Origin: an uncultured Eubacteriales bacterium
Lineage (GTDB): Bacteria; Bacillota; Clostridia; TANB77; SIG350
Length of the DNA stretch: 58,428 nt
Direction: 5' to 3'
NCBI GenBank assembly: GCA_964520895.1
Contig: CAZFOR010000004.1
Span: 1 to 58,428 of the forward strand
Part shown: positions 1 through 9,504 of the stretch, piece after piece
Numbering within the stretch: position 1 is the first letter of the stretch
How the letters are laid out: each line of letters opens with the position of its first letter
The notes under the pieces: model-generated
The model's database searches: none
Told to the model about the DNA's origin: nothing
The model's input: the letters and a program-made list of their open reading frames with translations, nothing else
Position numbers and translations under genes: made by a program

Positions 1-2255
1 TAAGTATGCCAGATTTTGATATAGATTTTTGTTATGAAAGACGAGGAGAAGTAATAGATTATGTCGGTAGAAAATATGGTATTGATCATGTTTCACAGAT
101 TATAACATTTGGTACAATGGCTGCAAGACTTGTAATTAGAGATGTAGGTAGAGTACTTGGCATGGAATATTCAAAAGTAGACCAAATTGCAAAAATGATA
201 CCTATGGAAATACATATAACAATAGAAAAAGCATTAGAAATGAATAGTGAATTTAAGTTGTTATATGAACAAGATGAAGAAATAAAAAAATTAGTAGATA
301 TTTCTAAAAGATTAGAGGGATTACCAAGACATGCATCAACACATGCAGCAGGTGTAATTATAACAAAAGAACCTGTAGATAGATATGTACCTTTATATAA
401 AACAGATGCAGGTATTACTACACAATATACAATGACTAATTTAGAGGAACTAGGTCTTTTAAAAATGGACTTTTTAGGGCTTAGAACACTTACAGTTATA
501 AAAGATGCAAAAGAGATTATAAAACATAATAAAGGTATAGATGTTCAAATTGATAAAAATATGGATGATGCAAATGTATTTAAATTATGGGCAGAAGGCA
601 GAACAGATGGTGTATTTCAGTTCGAAAGTGGTGGAATGAAACAATTTATGAAGGAATTAAAACCAGATAGTTTAGAGGATTTAATTGCTGGTGTTTCACT
701 GTACAGACCAGGGCCTATGGATCAAATACCTAGATATATTAAAAATAAATTAAATCCAGAACATATCGAATACACACATCCAAGTCTTCAAAATATTTTG
801 AAGGTAACTTATGGATGTATGGTATATCAGGAACAAGTTATGCAAATCTTTAGAGAACTTGCAGATTATACATTAGGACAAGCTGATTTAGTAAGAAGAG
901 CAATGGGTAAGAAAAAACTTGATGTAATGGCAAAAGAAAGAGAAAACTTTATAAAAGGTGCTGCAAAACATGATATTGATGAAAAGTCTGCAAATAAGAT
1001 TTTTGATGAAATGTCTGAGTTTGCAAAATATGCTTTTAACAAATCACATGCAGCCTGTTATGCAGTAGTTGCATATCAAACAGCATATTTAAAAACATAT
1101 TATCCTGTTGAATATATGGCAGCTATTTTAAATAGTTTTTTAGGAAATCAAACTAAGGTATCACAATATATTGAAGATTGTAGAAAAAATAATATTGAAA
1201 TATTAAAACCTGATATAAATAAAAGTTATGCTAAGTTTACTGCAATTGAGGATAAAATAATGTTTGGTATGGCATCTGTTAAAAATGTTGGAGAAGGTGC
1301 TGTTGATTTAATTGTAAAAGAAAGAAAAGCAAATGGTCAGTATAAAGATTTTATTGATTTTTGTGAAAGAATATCAGGTGAACAGGTTAATAAAAAATGT
1401 GTTGAGAGTTTAATTAAAGCAGGTGTGTTTGATGAATTTGGTGTAAATAGATCAACGTTATTAGCTTCATTTGAGAACATTATCGAAGGTATAAATAGTC
1501 AAAACAAAAAAAATATTGAAGGTCAAGTTTCTATGTTTGATTTAGGTAATAGTAATGAGCAAAAAATACAAAAATATGAATATGTAAAAATTGAGCATGA
1601 GAATAAAAAACAGTTATTGTCAAATGAGAAGGATATGTTAGGAATATATATATCAGCACATCCATTAGATGATTTTAGAGATGAGATAATTAAGAAAACC
1701 AATATTAATAGTTTAACAATAAACGAATATGATGAAGATAAAATAAATGGTGGAAATAGTGAGTTAATAAAAGATGGTCAAGATGTTATATATGCAGGTA
1801 TTATAGTTAATAAAAAGCTTATGAATACTCGAAATAATCAAATGATGGCATTTATTACTGTTGAAGATTTATATGGAACAGCAGAAGTCGTTATTTTTCC
1901 AAAAGTATTATCAAGATTTTCAGCTGTTTTACAAAATGAAAATATTATATTAATTACTGGAAAAGCAAGTGTAAGAGAAGATGAGGCAACAAAAATATTA
2001 GCAAATGATATAGTTGAAATTAAACATAAAAAAACAAATGTTGTTAATTTTAATATACAAAATTTAGGTCAAGATGATTTGAAAAAATTTAATGGAATGA
2101 TTAATTTCTTTGCAGGTGATAATGGTAATTGTGAAATAACAATAAATAATAGTAAAGAAAAAGTCATTACAAATGTATTTATGACAAATCAAATACTAAG
2201 TGAATTTAAAGGACTAGTTGGCGAAAATAATGTAGAAATATATGAAAAGGAGTAG
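1..2255 (+). CDS. dnaE: DNA polymerase III alpha subunit DnaE, C-terminal ~750 aa; the 5' end lies outside the window
   Basis: ORF 6..2255 is open to the window edge. It carries Pol III alpha motifs: PDFDIDF, GLLKMDFLGLRTL, FQFES, YRPGPM, NKSHAACYA. TAG stop. Confidence 0.9.
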   Translation, partial: SMPDFDIDFCYERRGEVIDYVGRKYGIDHVSQIITFGTMAARLVIRDVGRVLGMEYSKVDQIAKMIPMEIHITIEKALEMNSEFKLLYEQDEEIKKLVDISKRLEGLPRHASTHAAGVIITKEPVDRYVPLYKTDAGITTQYTMTNLEELGLLKMDFLGLRTLTVIKDAKEIIKHNKGIDVQIDKNMDDANVFKLWAEGRTDGVFQFESGGMKQFMKELKPDSLEDLIAGVSLYRPGPMDQIPRYIKNKLNPEHIEYTHPSLQNILKVTYGCMVYQEQVMQIFRELADYTLGQADLVRRAMGKKKLDVMAKERENFIKGAAKHDIDEKSANKIFDEMSEFAKYAFNKSHAACYAVVAYQTAYLKTYYPVEYMAAILNSFLGNQTKVSQYIEDCRKNNIEILKPDINKSYAKFTAIEDKIMFGMASVKNVGEGAVDLIVKERKANGQYKDFIDFCERISGEQVNKKCVESLIKAGVFDEFGVNRSTLLASFENIIEGINSQNKKNIEGQVSMFDLGNSNEQKIQKYEYVKIEHENKKQLLSNEKDMLGIYISAHPLDDFRDEIIKKTNINSLTINEYDEDKINGGNSELIKDGQDVIYAGIIVNKKLMNTRNNQMMAFITVEDLYGTAEVVIFPKVLSRFSAVLQNENIILITGKASVREDEATKILANDIVEIKHKKTNVVNFNIQNLGQDDLKKFNGMINFFAGDNGNCEITINNSKEKVITNVFMTNQILSEFKGLVGENNVEIYEKE

Positions 2256-2258
2256 TGT

Positions 2259-3563
2259 ATGAAACGCGAGATTTTAACATTTGATGAAGCTGTAAATGAG
2301 GCTAGTAGATGTTTAAAATGTAATAACCCTGGATGCAAAAAAGCGTGTCCATTATCTAATGATATTCCTTTGTTTATTGAGCAAATAAAAAATAAAAATA
2401 TTGAAAAGGCATATGAAATTTTGTGTGAAACGAGCATAATGCCAGAGGTTTGTTCAATTGTATGTCCTGTTTGTGGACAATGTGAGGGAAATTGTGTATT
2501 AGGTATAAAAGGAAATAGTATACAAATAAGTAAGTTAGAGCAGTTTGTATCACACAATATGTTAAAAGATAATAAGTATTTAGAATATTTTAATAGTGAA
2601 AAAATAATTAAAAACAAAAATAAAAAGGTTGCAATAATTGGTATGGGACCTGCTGGAATTGGAGCAGCATATTATCTAATAAAAAAAGGTTTTGATGTAA
2701 CTATATTTGAAAAGGAATCTAATGCAGGTGGGATATTGATTTATGGGATACCAGAATTTAGGTTGTCAAAAGATATTGTTTCAAAAGTAGTTGATAAATT
2801 AGTAAGATTAGGTGTTAAAATTAAATATAATATGAAATTAGGTGATAATTTATCAATTGATGGTTTACGAAAAGATGGATATAATGCAATTGTATTATGT
2901 TTGGGATTAACAAAACCTAATAAATTAAATGCAGATGGTGAAAACTTAGAAAATATTTTAAATGGAAATGATTTTTTATACCAATATAATATTCATAAAG
3001 ATAAAGAAGATTATATTAACAATAAAGATATTGTAATTGTGGGTGGTGGAAATGTAGCAATTGATTGTGCAAGAGCGTCTATTAGATTAAAAGCAAAAAC
3101 TGTTAATATATTATATAGAAGATCAATTAATCAAATGCCTGTATCTAAACAAGAATATGAAGAGGCAATTAGTGAAGGTGTACAAATACGATACTTAACA
3201 TTACCTATTAAATTTACAGGAGATAATAAAGTTAAAGAAGTAGAGTGTGTGAAAATACAACTAGGGGATATTGATGAAACTGGAAGACAAAGTCCAATTG
3301 AAATTGAAAATTCTAATTTTAAGATTAAAACAGATTATGTTATTAATTGTTTAGGAAGTAATTTAGATTTGGATTTTATTAAAGATAATATACCTAATAT
3401 TGAGATAAATAATAATAGAGTAGAAACTAATGAATATGGAATGACAAATATATCAGATATATTTATTGCAGGAGATATGTTAAATAAAACTAAAAAAGTA
3501 GCATATGCAATACATACTGGAACACTAGCAGGTATAGGGGTAGAAAGATATTTAAATAAATAG
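2259..3563 (+). CDS. GltD-family NAD(P)H-dependent FAD oxidoreductase (glutamate synthase small-chain-like) with an N-terminal Fe-S region
   Basis: Cys-rich N-terminus (CLKCNNPGCKKACP, CPVCGQCEGNC). Two dinucleotide-binding motifs (IIGMGPAGIGAAYY, VGGGNVAIDCA). Confidence 0.8.
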   Translation: MKREILTFDEAVNEASRCLKCNNPGCKKACPLSNDIPLFIEQIKNKNIEKAYEILCETSIMPEVCSIVCPVCGQCEGNCVLGIKGNSIQISKLEQFVSHNMLKDNKYLEYFNSEKIIKNKNKKVAIIGMGPAGIGAAYYLIKKGFDVTIFEKESNAGGILIYGIPEFRLSKDIVSKVVDKLVRLGVKIKYNMKLGDNLSIDGLRKDGYNAIVLCLGLTKPNKLNADGENLENILNGNDFLYQYNIHKDKEDYINNKDIVIVGGGNVAIDCARASIRLKAKTVNILYRRSINQMPVSKQEYEEAISEGVQIRYLTLPIKFTGDNKVKEVECVKIQLGDIDETGRQSPIEIENSNFKIKTDYVINCLGSNLDLDFIKDNIPNIEINNNRVETNEYGMTNISDIFIAGDMLNKTKKVAYAIHTGTLAGIGVERYLNK

Positions 3564-3592
3564 ATAAAAGTATAGGTGCTTTTATCTATTTT
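3563..3592. terminator. Hairpin terminator after the gltD-like gene, shared with the convergent small ORF
   Basis: GATAAAAG-N8-CTTTTATC stem followed by a T-rich run. Confidence 0.55.
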
Positions 3593-3744
3593 TCTGTTAT
3601 ATAATCTTCCATCATTTTGTTTATTTTTTGGATTTGTTTTAATTCATTTAATTTTTTATTATTCTTTTTATCAATATATATTGTAAACAAAATTTCTAAT
3701 AAAATAATTATTACAAAATATATTAAAATATATATGTAAATCAT
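3586..3744 (-). CDS. Hypothetical 52-aa protein with an N-terminal hydrophobic helix, divergent from the XRE gene (not in the ORF track; below its size cutoff)
   Basis: ATG preceded by AGGTGA at 5 nt. Translation: MIYIYILIYFVIIILLEILFTIYIDKKNNKKLNELKQIQKINKMMEDYITEK. Confidence 0.3.
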   Translation of the reverse strand: MIYIYILIYFVIIILLEILFTIYIDKKNNKKLNELKQIQKINKMMEDYITEK

Positions 3745-3848
3745 ACTAATCACCTGTAGATATTATATATCTAATGTATACATTAGTCAAGTTATAACAT
3801 ACTTATATTGTAGGAATGTTTTATATAAAATTAATATAGGTGATTAAT

Positions 3849-4055
3849 ATGGTATATTTAGATATTGGGAAATTACTAAAAAGTAGGAATAAAACTAAAT
3901 ATTGGTTAGTTAAACAAATGGAATCAAGTTATCCAACTATTAATGATTTGATTAACAATAATACAACAAGTATTAGGTTTGAAACAATTAATAAATTATG
4001 TGAGATTTTTGAGTGCACTCCAAATGATATAATAAAATATAAAAAGGATAAATAG
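3849..4055 (+). CDS. Small XRE/Cro-type helix-turn-helix transcriptional regulator
   Basis: 68 aa with an HTH_26/YozG-like pattern (WLVKQMESSYPTINDLINN...INKLCEIFECTPNDII). ATG at 3849 lies 5 nt after AGGTGA. Confidence 0.75.
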   Translation: MVYLDIGKLLKSRNKTKYWLVKQMESSYPTINDLINNNTTSIRFETINKLCEIFECTPNDIIKYKKDK

Positions 4056-4133
4056 GAATTAATTGATAAACTAGCTTAAATTGGTTGAGAAAAGTGAAAT
4101 AATATGTTAAGATATTAATATATTATTTTTATT

Positions 4134-4208
<75 letters not shown>

Positions 4209-4451
4209 AAAAATAGCATGTAGAAAGTCCGTAATATCAATAGCTTTGCTTAATGATATTATTTTTTTATACTAATAATATCATTAGATACATTCAATAG
4301 TACTATATTTCGTTGATAATTTTGAGTAATAAATATTATAAATTAATATAAATATAAAACATATATTGTAGTGTAAATTAATAGAATGTAGCATATAATA
4401 AGACCGTAAAAAAACCGTTTTTCAAAAGTTTTACGGTTTCATCCGTAAAAC

Positions 4452-4480
4452 TTGACTATTTTATTAAAAACTTGTATAAT
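4452..4480 (+). promoter_or_regulatory. Sigma-A-type promoter for the AAA ATPase gene
   Basis: TTGACT, 17-nt spacer, TATAAT preceded by TG (TGTATAAT). It sits about 20 nt upstream of the RBS. Confidence 0.55.
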
Positions 4481-4500
4481 ATATTTAGAGGTGAAAAAAG

Positions 4501-5703
4501 ATGTTAATAAGAGAAGAATATTTAAATAGATTAATAGAGAGTAAAGATTTAAATTTGATAAAAGTTATAACAGGTGTTAGAAGAAGTGGTAAAAGTACAT
4601 TGTTATTACAATATAAAGAATACTTATTATCTGAAAATGTATTAGAAGAAGATATAATATATATAAATTTCGAGAGTGCTCAATGGTATGATATTAAAGA
4701 TTATAAACAACTGTATGGTTATATAACAACCAAAATAAATAAAACAAATAAGAAAAAATACATTTTATTAGATGAAGTTCAAAATGTAGATAAATGGGAA
4801 AAAGCAGTAAATTCATTATTGGTAGATGTTAATTCTGATATTTATATAACTGGATCTAATGCATATTTACTATCTAGTGAACTTACTACATTAATTGCTG
4901 GTAGAGTATTGACAGTAAAAATATATCCTTTTTCTTTAAAAGAATTTTTAGCAGAATATCCTTTTAATAATAATGATGACAAATTTGAAAAATTTGATAA
5001 ATATTTAAAATATGGTGGAATGCCAATGATAGTTAATATGAAGGATAATGAACAATTAATTATTAACTATTTAAATGATTTAAAAGAAGTGGTTTTAAAA
5101 AAAGATGTAATTAATAGAAATAATATTAAGGATATAGTTTTTTTAGATAATCTAATAAAGTATATGGCATCTTGTATAGGAAATTTAACTACACCTTATG
5201 CTGTTGCTGATTATATGAAGAAAAACGGTAGTACAGTAACTAATGAAACAGTCGATTCATACCTAAAAATGTTAGAAAATGCTTATTTTTTATATCGAGT
5301 ACCAAGATATGAATTAAAAGGGAAACAGCTATTAAAAACACAAGGTAAGTATTATTTTATAGATAATGGATTAAAAAATATGATAGATGGTATTTCTTCT
5401 TATGATAGTGGTAGTAGTTATGAAAATTTAGTATATATAGAGTTATTACGAAGGGGTTTTGAAGTATATGTAGGGCAATATAATAATATTGAAATTGATT
5501 TTATTGCTATAAAACCTAACGAAAAGATTTATTATCAAGTATCAAGAAGTATTATGGACGAAAAGGTTGAGGAAAGAGAGAAAAAATCATTACTTGCTAT
5601 AAATGATAATTATAAAAAGGTTATATTAACAATGGATAATGTAAAAAACAAACAAATAGAGGGTATAGAGGTTATTAATATTATAGACTTTTTACTTGAT
5701 TAA
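4501..5703 (+). CDS. AAA-family ATPase of the DUF4143 type
   Basis: Walker A GVRRSGKST and Walker B ILLDEVQ. The length and C-terminal region are typical of the AAA_14/DUF4143 family. Confidence 0.75.
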   Translation: MLIREEYLNRLIESKDLNLIKVITGVRRSGKSTLLLQYKEYLLSENVLEEDIIYINFESAQWYDIKDYKQLYGYITTKINKTNKKKYILLDEVQNVDKWEKAVNSLLVDVNSDIYITGSNAYLLSSELTTLIAGRVLTVKIYPFSLKEFLAEYPFNNNDDKFEKFDKYLKYGGMPMIVNMKDNEQLIINYLNDLKEVVLKKDVINRNNIKDIVFLDNLIKYMASCIGNLTTPYAVADYMKKNGSTVTNETVDSYLKMLENAYFLYRVPRYELKGKQLLKTQGKYYFIDNGLKNMIDGISSYDSGSSYENLVYIELLRRGFEVYVGQYNNIEIDFIAIKPNEKIYYQVSRSIMDEKVEEREKKSLLAINDNYKKVILTMDNVKNKQIEGIEVINIIDFLLD

Positions 5704-5740
5704 AATTGTTATAATATTAATTTATAGAAAGGAAATTAAA

Positions 5741-6448
5741 TTGAAAGATTTAACATTTTTTACACAAAATAAAATAGCTCATCGAGGTTTACATGACAAA
5801 GGAAAAGGAATATTGGAAAATACAATTGAGGCATATGCGAAAGCTATTGAAAAAGGATATATAATAGAACTTGATTTACATTGTATAAAAGATGGAGAAG
5901 TAGTAGCTTTTCATGATAACAATTTAAAAAGAATGACAGGAATAAATAAAAAAATAAAGTTATGTACATATAATGAGTTAATGAAAATAAATGATATGTA
6001 TATACCTAAATTTAAGGAAGTATTACAATTAGTAAACGGCAGAGTTCCTTTATTAATAGAATTAAAAACAGATAGAAAAGTAGGTGTATTAGAGAAAAAA
6101 GTAGTTGAGCTTTTAAAAGGATTTAAAGGAGATTATGCCATACAAACTTTTAATCCATTATCATTAATATGGTTTAAAAACAATGCACCAGAAGTAATAC
6201 GAGGACAACTATCTAGCAATTTTAAAGATAGCAAAGATGTTTTTAAAAAGGTTATATTAAAAAATATGTTACTAAATTTTATTTCAAAACCAGATTTTAT
6301 ATCATATCAAATAAATTGTTTAACTGATAAACAAATAAAAAAGATAAGAAAATCAAAATTATTATTAGGTTGGACTGTAAAGGATAAACAAACATATGAT
6401 GATTTAATAAATAAGTATGATAATTTGATATCTGAGAATATTTTATAA
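5741..6448 (+). CDS. Glycerophosphodiester phosphodiesterase family protein
   Basis: GDPD motifs IAHRGL, IELDLH, FHD. The TTG start at 5741 follows AAAGGA; the track ORF starts earlier, at 5696. Confidence 0.75.
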   Translation: MKDLTFFTQNKIAHRGLHDKGKGILENTIEAYAKAIEKGYIIELDLHCIKDGEVVAFHDNNLKRMTGINKKIKLCTYNELMKINDMYIPKFKEVLQLVNGRVPLLIELKTDRKVGVLEKKVVELLKGFKGDYAIQTFNPLSLIWFKNNAPEVIRGQLSSNFKDSKDVFKKVILKNMLLNFISKPDFISYQINCLTDKQIKKIRKSKLLLGWTVKDKQTYDDLINKYDNLISENIL

Positions 6449-6597
6449 AAATGTATAATAAAGTTTTTTATGTTATTTATAACTTTATATTTTTTGCTAT
6501 AAATAATATTTACATTTCTTCAAAATTCAAATTACATCCATTGTATTATTGTAAAAACTAATATATAATTATTTGAAATAAAAGAAGAGGAGAACTT

Positions 6598-8172
6598 ATG
6601 AAAAAGAACGTTGTTAAAACTTTTAGTTTTATATTTATATTTACATTAATATCAAAAGTATTAGGATTACTTAGAGATGTTTTTTTTGCAAAATATTATG
6701 GAACAGGATATATTGCAACAGCTTTTTTTGCATCAATTAGAATACCTACACAGTTACTAGATATAGGTTTAGGTGCTGCGATAGCATCAACATTTATACC
6801 TGTATTTAATGAAATAGGACAAAAAGATGGAAAAGAAAAGGCAGACAAATTTGCTAATAACTTTATAAATATTATTGCATTAATATCAACTGCAATATCA
6901 ATTATTGGTATAATATTTGCACCACAAGTAGTTGAGTTGTTAGCAGGTGGATTTGAGGAGCAGACATTTAATTTAACAGTTCAATTAATTAGAATAATGT
7001 TTCCAATGATTATATTTACAGCTATTGCATTTTCATTTGTAGGATTTTTACAGTCATATGGTCAGTTTAATATACCTGCAATGATAAGTGGTGTATCAAA
7101 TATAGCAATAATTATATATTTAATATTATTTAGAGAAAAATTTGGTATACACGGTGTTGCATGGTTTATGTTAGTTGCATGGGCACTTCAAGTTATAATA
7201 CAATTACCATCTGCATATAAACATGGGTATAGATTTAAGCTTAAGATTGATTTTAAAGATCCAAACATACGAAAAGTTTTTTATTTAGCAATTCCAATTA
7301 TAATTAGCACATCAGTATTACCAATAAATAACTTAGTATGTACAAGACTTGCATCAGGTATGGGTGATAGTGCTGTTGCAGCATTAGAATATTCATATAA
7401 GATATATATTGTATTAGTAGGTGTATTTACATATGCAATAGGAAATATGATTTTTCCTGAACTTTCAAGAGCAAGTGCAAATAGTGATAAAACAACATTT
7501 ACTGATATAATTCAAAAAGGTATTAGAATAATGTCATATTTATTAATACCATTAACATTAGGGTTTATAATTTACAGAACTGATATTATATCAGTTATAT
7601 ATCAAAGAGGTGAATTTGATATTAATTCAACACTATTAACATCATCTGCATTACTATTTTATGCAATAGGAATGATAGGTTTTGGTATTGTTGAAATAAT
7701 GAATAAATCCTTTTATGCAAGACAAGATGCAAAAACGCCACTTGTAGTAGGAATTATAGTTGTTATTACAAATGTTATATTAAGCTTTATACTTTCAAGA
7801 TATATAGGATTTACAGGACTTGCATTATCAACATCATTAACATCAATAATAAATGCAATATTACTTACAATATTTGCAAACAAAAAAAATGGTGGAATTA
7901 TTACAAAACATTTAATATATACAATTATTAAAATAATTATATGTACAATTATAATGGCGCTTACTGTATATATAATAAATAATGCATTAATTTCAATATT
8001 GTTTGGTAGTACAATTATTAATATAATAAGAATAGGTATAGGGACAATATTAGGTTTAATGATGTATTATGGATTTAGTTTAATATTAGAAATAGAGGAA
8101 AGTAATATACCTATTAATTTTATTAAAAACAAACTTCAGACAAATGGGGACGGAGGCAAATTGTCTGATTAA
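6598..8172 (+). CDS. murJ: Lipid II flippase MurJ (MviN family)
   Basis: 524 aa and polytopic. The N-terminus LGLLRDVFFAKYYGTG is typical of MurJ. The last 11 codons (QTNGDGGKLSD) are encoded by repeat copy A. Confidence 0.85.
   Translation: MKKNVVKTFSFIFIFTLISKVLGLLRDVFFAKYYGTGYIATAFFASIRIPTQLLDIGLGAAIASTFIPVFNEIGQKDGKEKADKFANNFINIIALISTAISIIGIIFAPQVVELLAGGFEEQTFNLTVQLIRIMFPMIIFTAIAFSFVGFLQSYGQFNIPAMISGVSNIAIIIYLILFREKFGIHGVAWFMLVAWALQVIIQLPSAYKHGYRFKLKIDFKDPNIRKVFYLAIPIIISTSVLPINNLVCTRLASGMGDSAVAALEYSYKIYIVLVGVFTYAIGNMIFPELSRASANSDKTTFTDIIQKGIRIMSYLLIPLTLGFIIYRTDIISVIYQRGEFDINSTLLTSSALLFYAIGMIGFGIVEIMNKSFYARQDAKTPLVVGIIVVITNVILSFILSRYIGFTGLALSTSLTSIINAILLTIFANKKNGGIITKHLIYTIIKIIICTIIMALTVYIINNALISILFGSTIINIIRIGIGTILGLMMYYGFSLILEIEESNIPINFIKNKLQTNGDGGKLSD
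8136..8168 (+). repeat. 33-nt GC-rich palindromic unit, copy A: TCAGACAAATGGGGACGGAGGCAAATTGTCTGA
   Basis: Exact string comparison with the copies at 8237, 50078, 57744 and 57783. Confidence 0.95.
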
Positions 8173-8236
8173 TTAAAAAGTTGAAAAGATTAGAAAATAT
8201 TTATATAGATTTTTAATCTTTTTTTATAGATTATAA

Positions 8237-8269
8237 TCAGACAATTTGCCTCCGTCCCCATTTGTCTGA
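8237..8269 (-). repeat. 33-nt GC-rich palindromic unit, copy B, inverted relative to A
   Basis: Its reverse complement is identical to copy A. Confidence 0.95.
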
Positions 8270-8274
8270 ACTCA

Positions 8275-9504
8275 TTATTTTTGCTGTATTAAAACTAACC
8301 CAGTTTTATCAATACTTGTTTTTACATTAACATTAAAGCATGAGTATCTATAATTTTGTGACCAATTTACTTTTTCCCATTCATCCCATGTTAAAAAATT
8401 TTTTACTGCAGATCTTCCAAATCCAGATATATCTGAATTGAATACTTTAGATGTTTTATATAAATAATCTTTAATATTACTTTCTAAGATAAAACTTAAT
8501 TCTCTTTCAATTTCTTTTGAATTTTCTTCATTAATATAATCAACTTCATTGTTTACAGATATTATGTTAGCTTTAAGTGATATATCAATATTAATCAATG
8601 GCACAGAATCTACAAAATCAACTTTTATTTTTGTGTTTTTATCTTTAACTAAATTAAAAGAGATTATATTATCAGATGACATTGGATCATATATAGAGTA
8701 ATGTGACTGAGTAAATGAGTTATTTGTCATTAAATAATATATTGTTTCTTCACCTGTTAATTCACCAATCATTTTACAATTACGAAAGACTGCAAGACCT
8801 ATTGTTTCTGTTTCTGGGCCACCCTTTTTATTGAGTTCGCCTGCAGTAACATTAGCATCATTTGGTTTATATGATTGTTGATGTATTTGTTGTGAGTGAG
8901 TAGTATTGCTAATATTGGACAATAGTGCTACAGGTTCTCTATATGTTGATTGAGATGCTAATATAAATCCAAATAAATATGAATTGGCTGTAAATCCAGT
9001 ATATGGATAAGAAGTTAATAATAATTCATAAAATTTTGATATGTTTTTTTCTAATCCTGGTTTAGTATTATTAATGTAATTTTGAGCGCTACATTTTGAA
9101 ATTAATATATACATATTAGTTCTAAAATTCCTATCATTAAAAATTGTTGTTGTATACTCTTCTATATCTTCAAAAGCTATTTCCTCACTAAAAACAACTA
9201 TTTTGTTATGAGATAAATTTAATTGTTTACTAATATACGAATTTACTAAACTTATAGCTGAATAAATTGAAGGAGCATCAATTGTTGTAACAGTTGACAA
9301 TTTATCAAAATTTGCATCATCAGATTCAATAGCAATAGGATTTGCAAACTCGAAAGTTACTTCAATATTACCTGGATTTGTTTTACTTTTATCAATTCCC
9401 ATTGCTATAACATAAGCAGCTTCATTTATTTCTGTTTTATCATAACAACCAGTTAGAAAAAATAAGCACAGAGCACTAATTGCTATTAACAATATTTTTT
9501 TCAT
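8275..9504 (-). CDS. Spore germination protein, Ger(x)C-family lipoprotein
   Basis: Lipobox LFFLTGC after a signal peptide, followed by the GerAC-like motif YVIAMGIDK. ATG at 9504 follows AGGTGA. It is the last cistron of the ger operon. Confidence 0.8.
   Translation of the reverse strand: MKKILLIAISALCLFFLTGCYDKTEINEAAYVIAMGIDKSKTNPGNIEVTFEFANPIAIESDDANFDKLSTVTTIDAPSIYSAISLVNSYISKQLNLSHNKIVVFSEEIAFEDIEEYTTTIFNDRNFRTNMYILISKCSAQNYINNTKPGLEKNISKFYELLLTSYPYTGFTANSYLFGFILASQSTYREPVALLSNISNTTHSQQIHQQSYKPNDANVTAGELNKKGGPETETIGLAVFRNCKMIGELTGEETIYYLMTNNSFTQSHYSIYDPMSSDNIISFNLVKDKNTKIKVDFVDSVPLINIDISLKANIISVNNEVDYINEENSKEIERELSFILESNIKDYLYKTSKVFNSDISGFGRSAVKNFLTWDEWEKVNWSQNYRYSCFNVNVKTSIDKTGLVLIQQK

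Noticed and set aside
2189-2617. 142-aa minus-strand ORF overlapping the dnaE end and the gltD-like start
   Set aside because: It lies antisense to two well-supported genes, has low-complexity F/I/L/S-rich composition typical of shadow ORFs in AT-rich DNA, and has no RBS.
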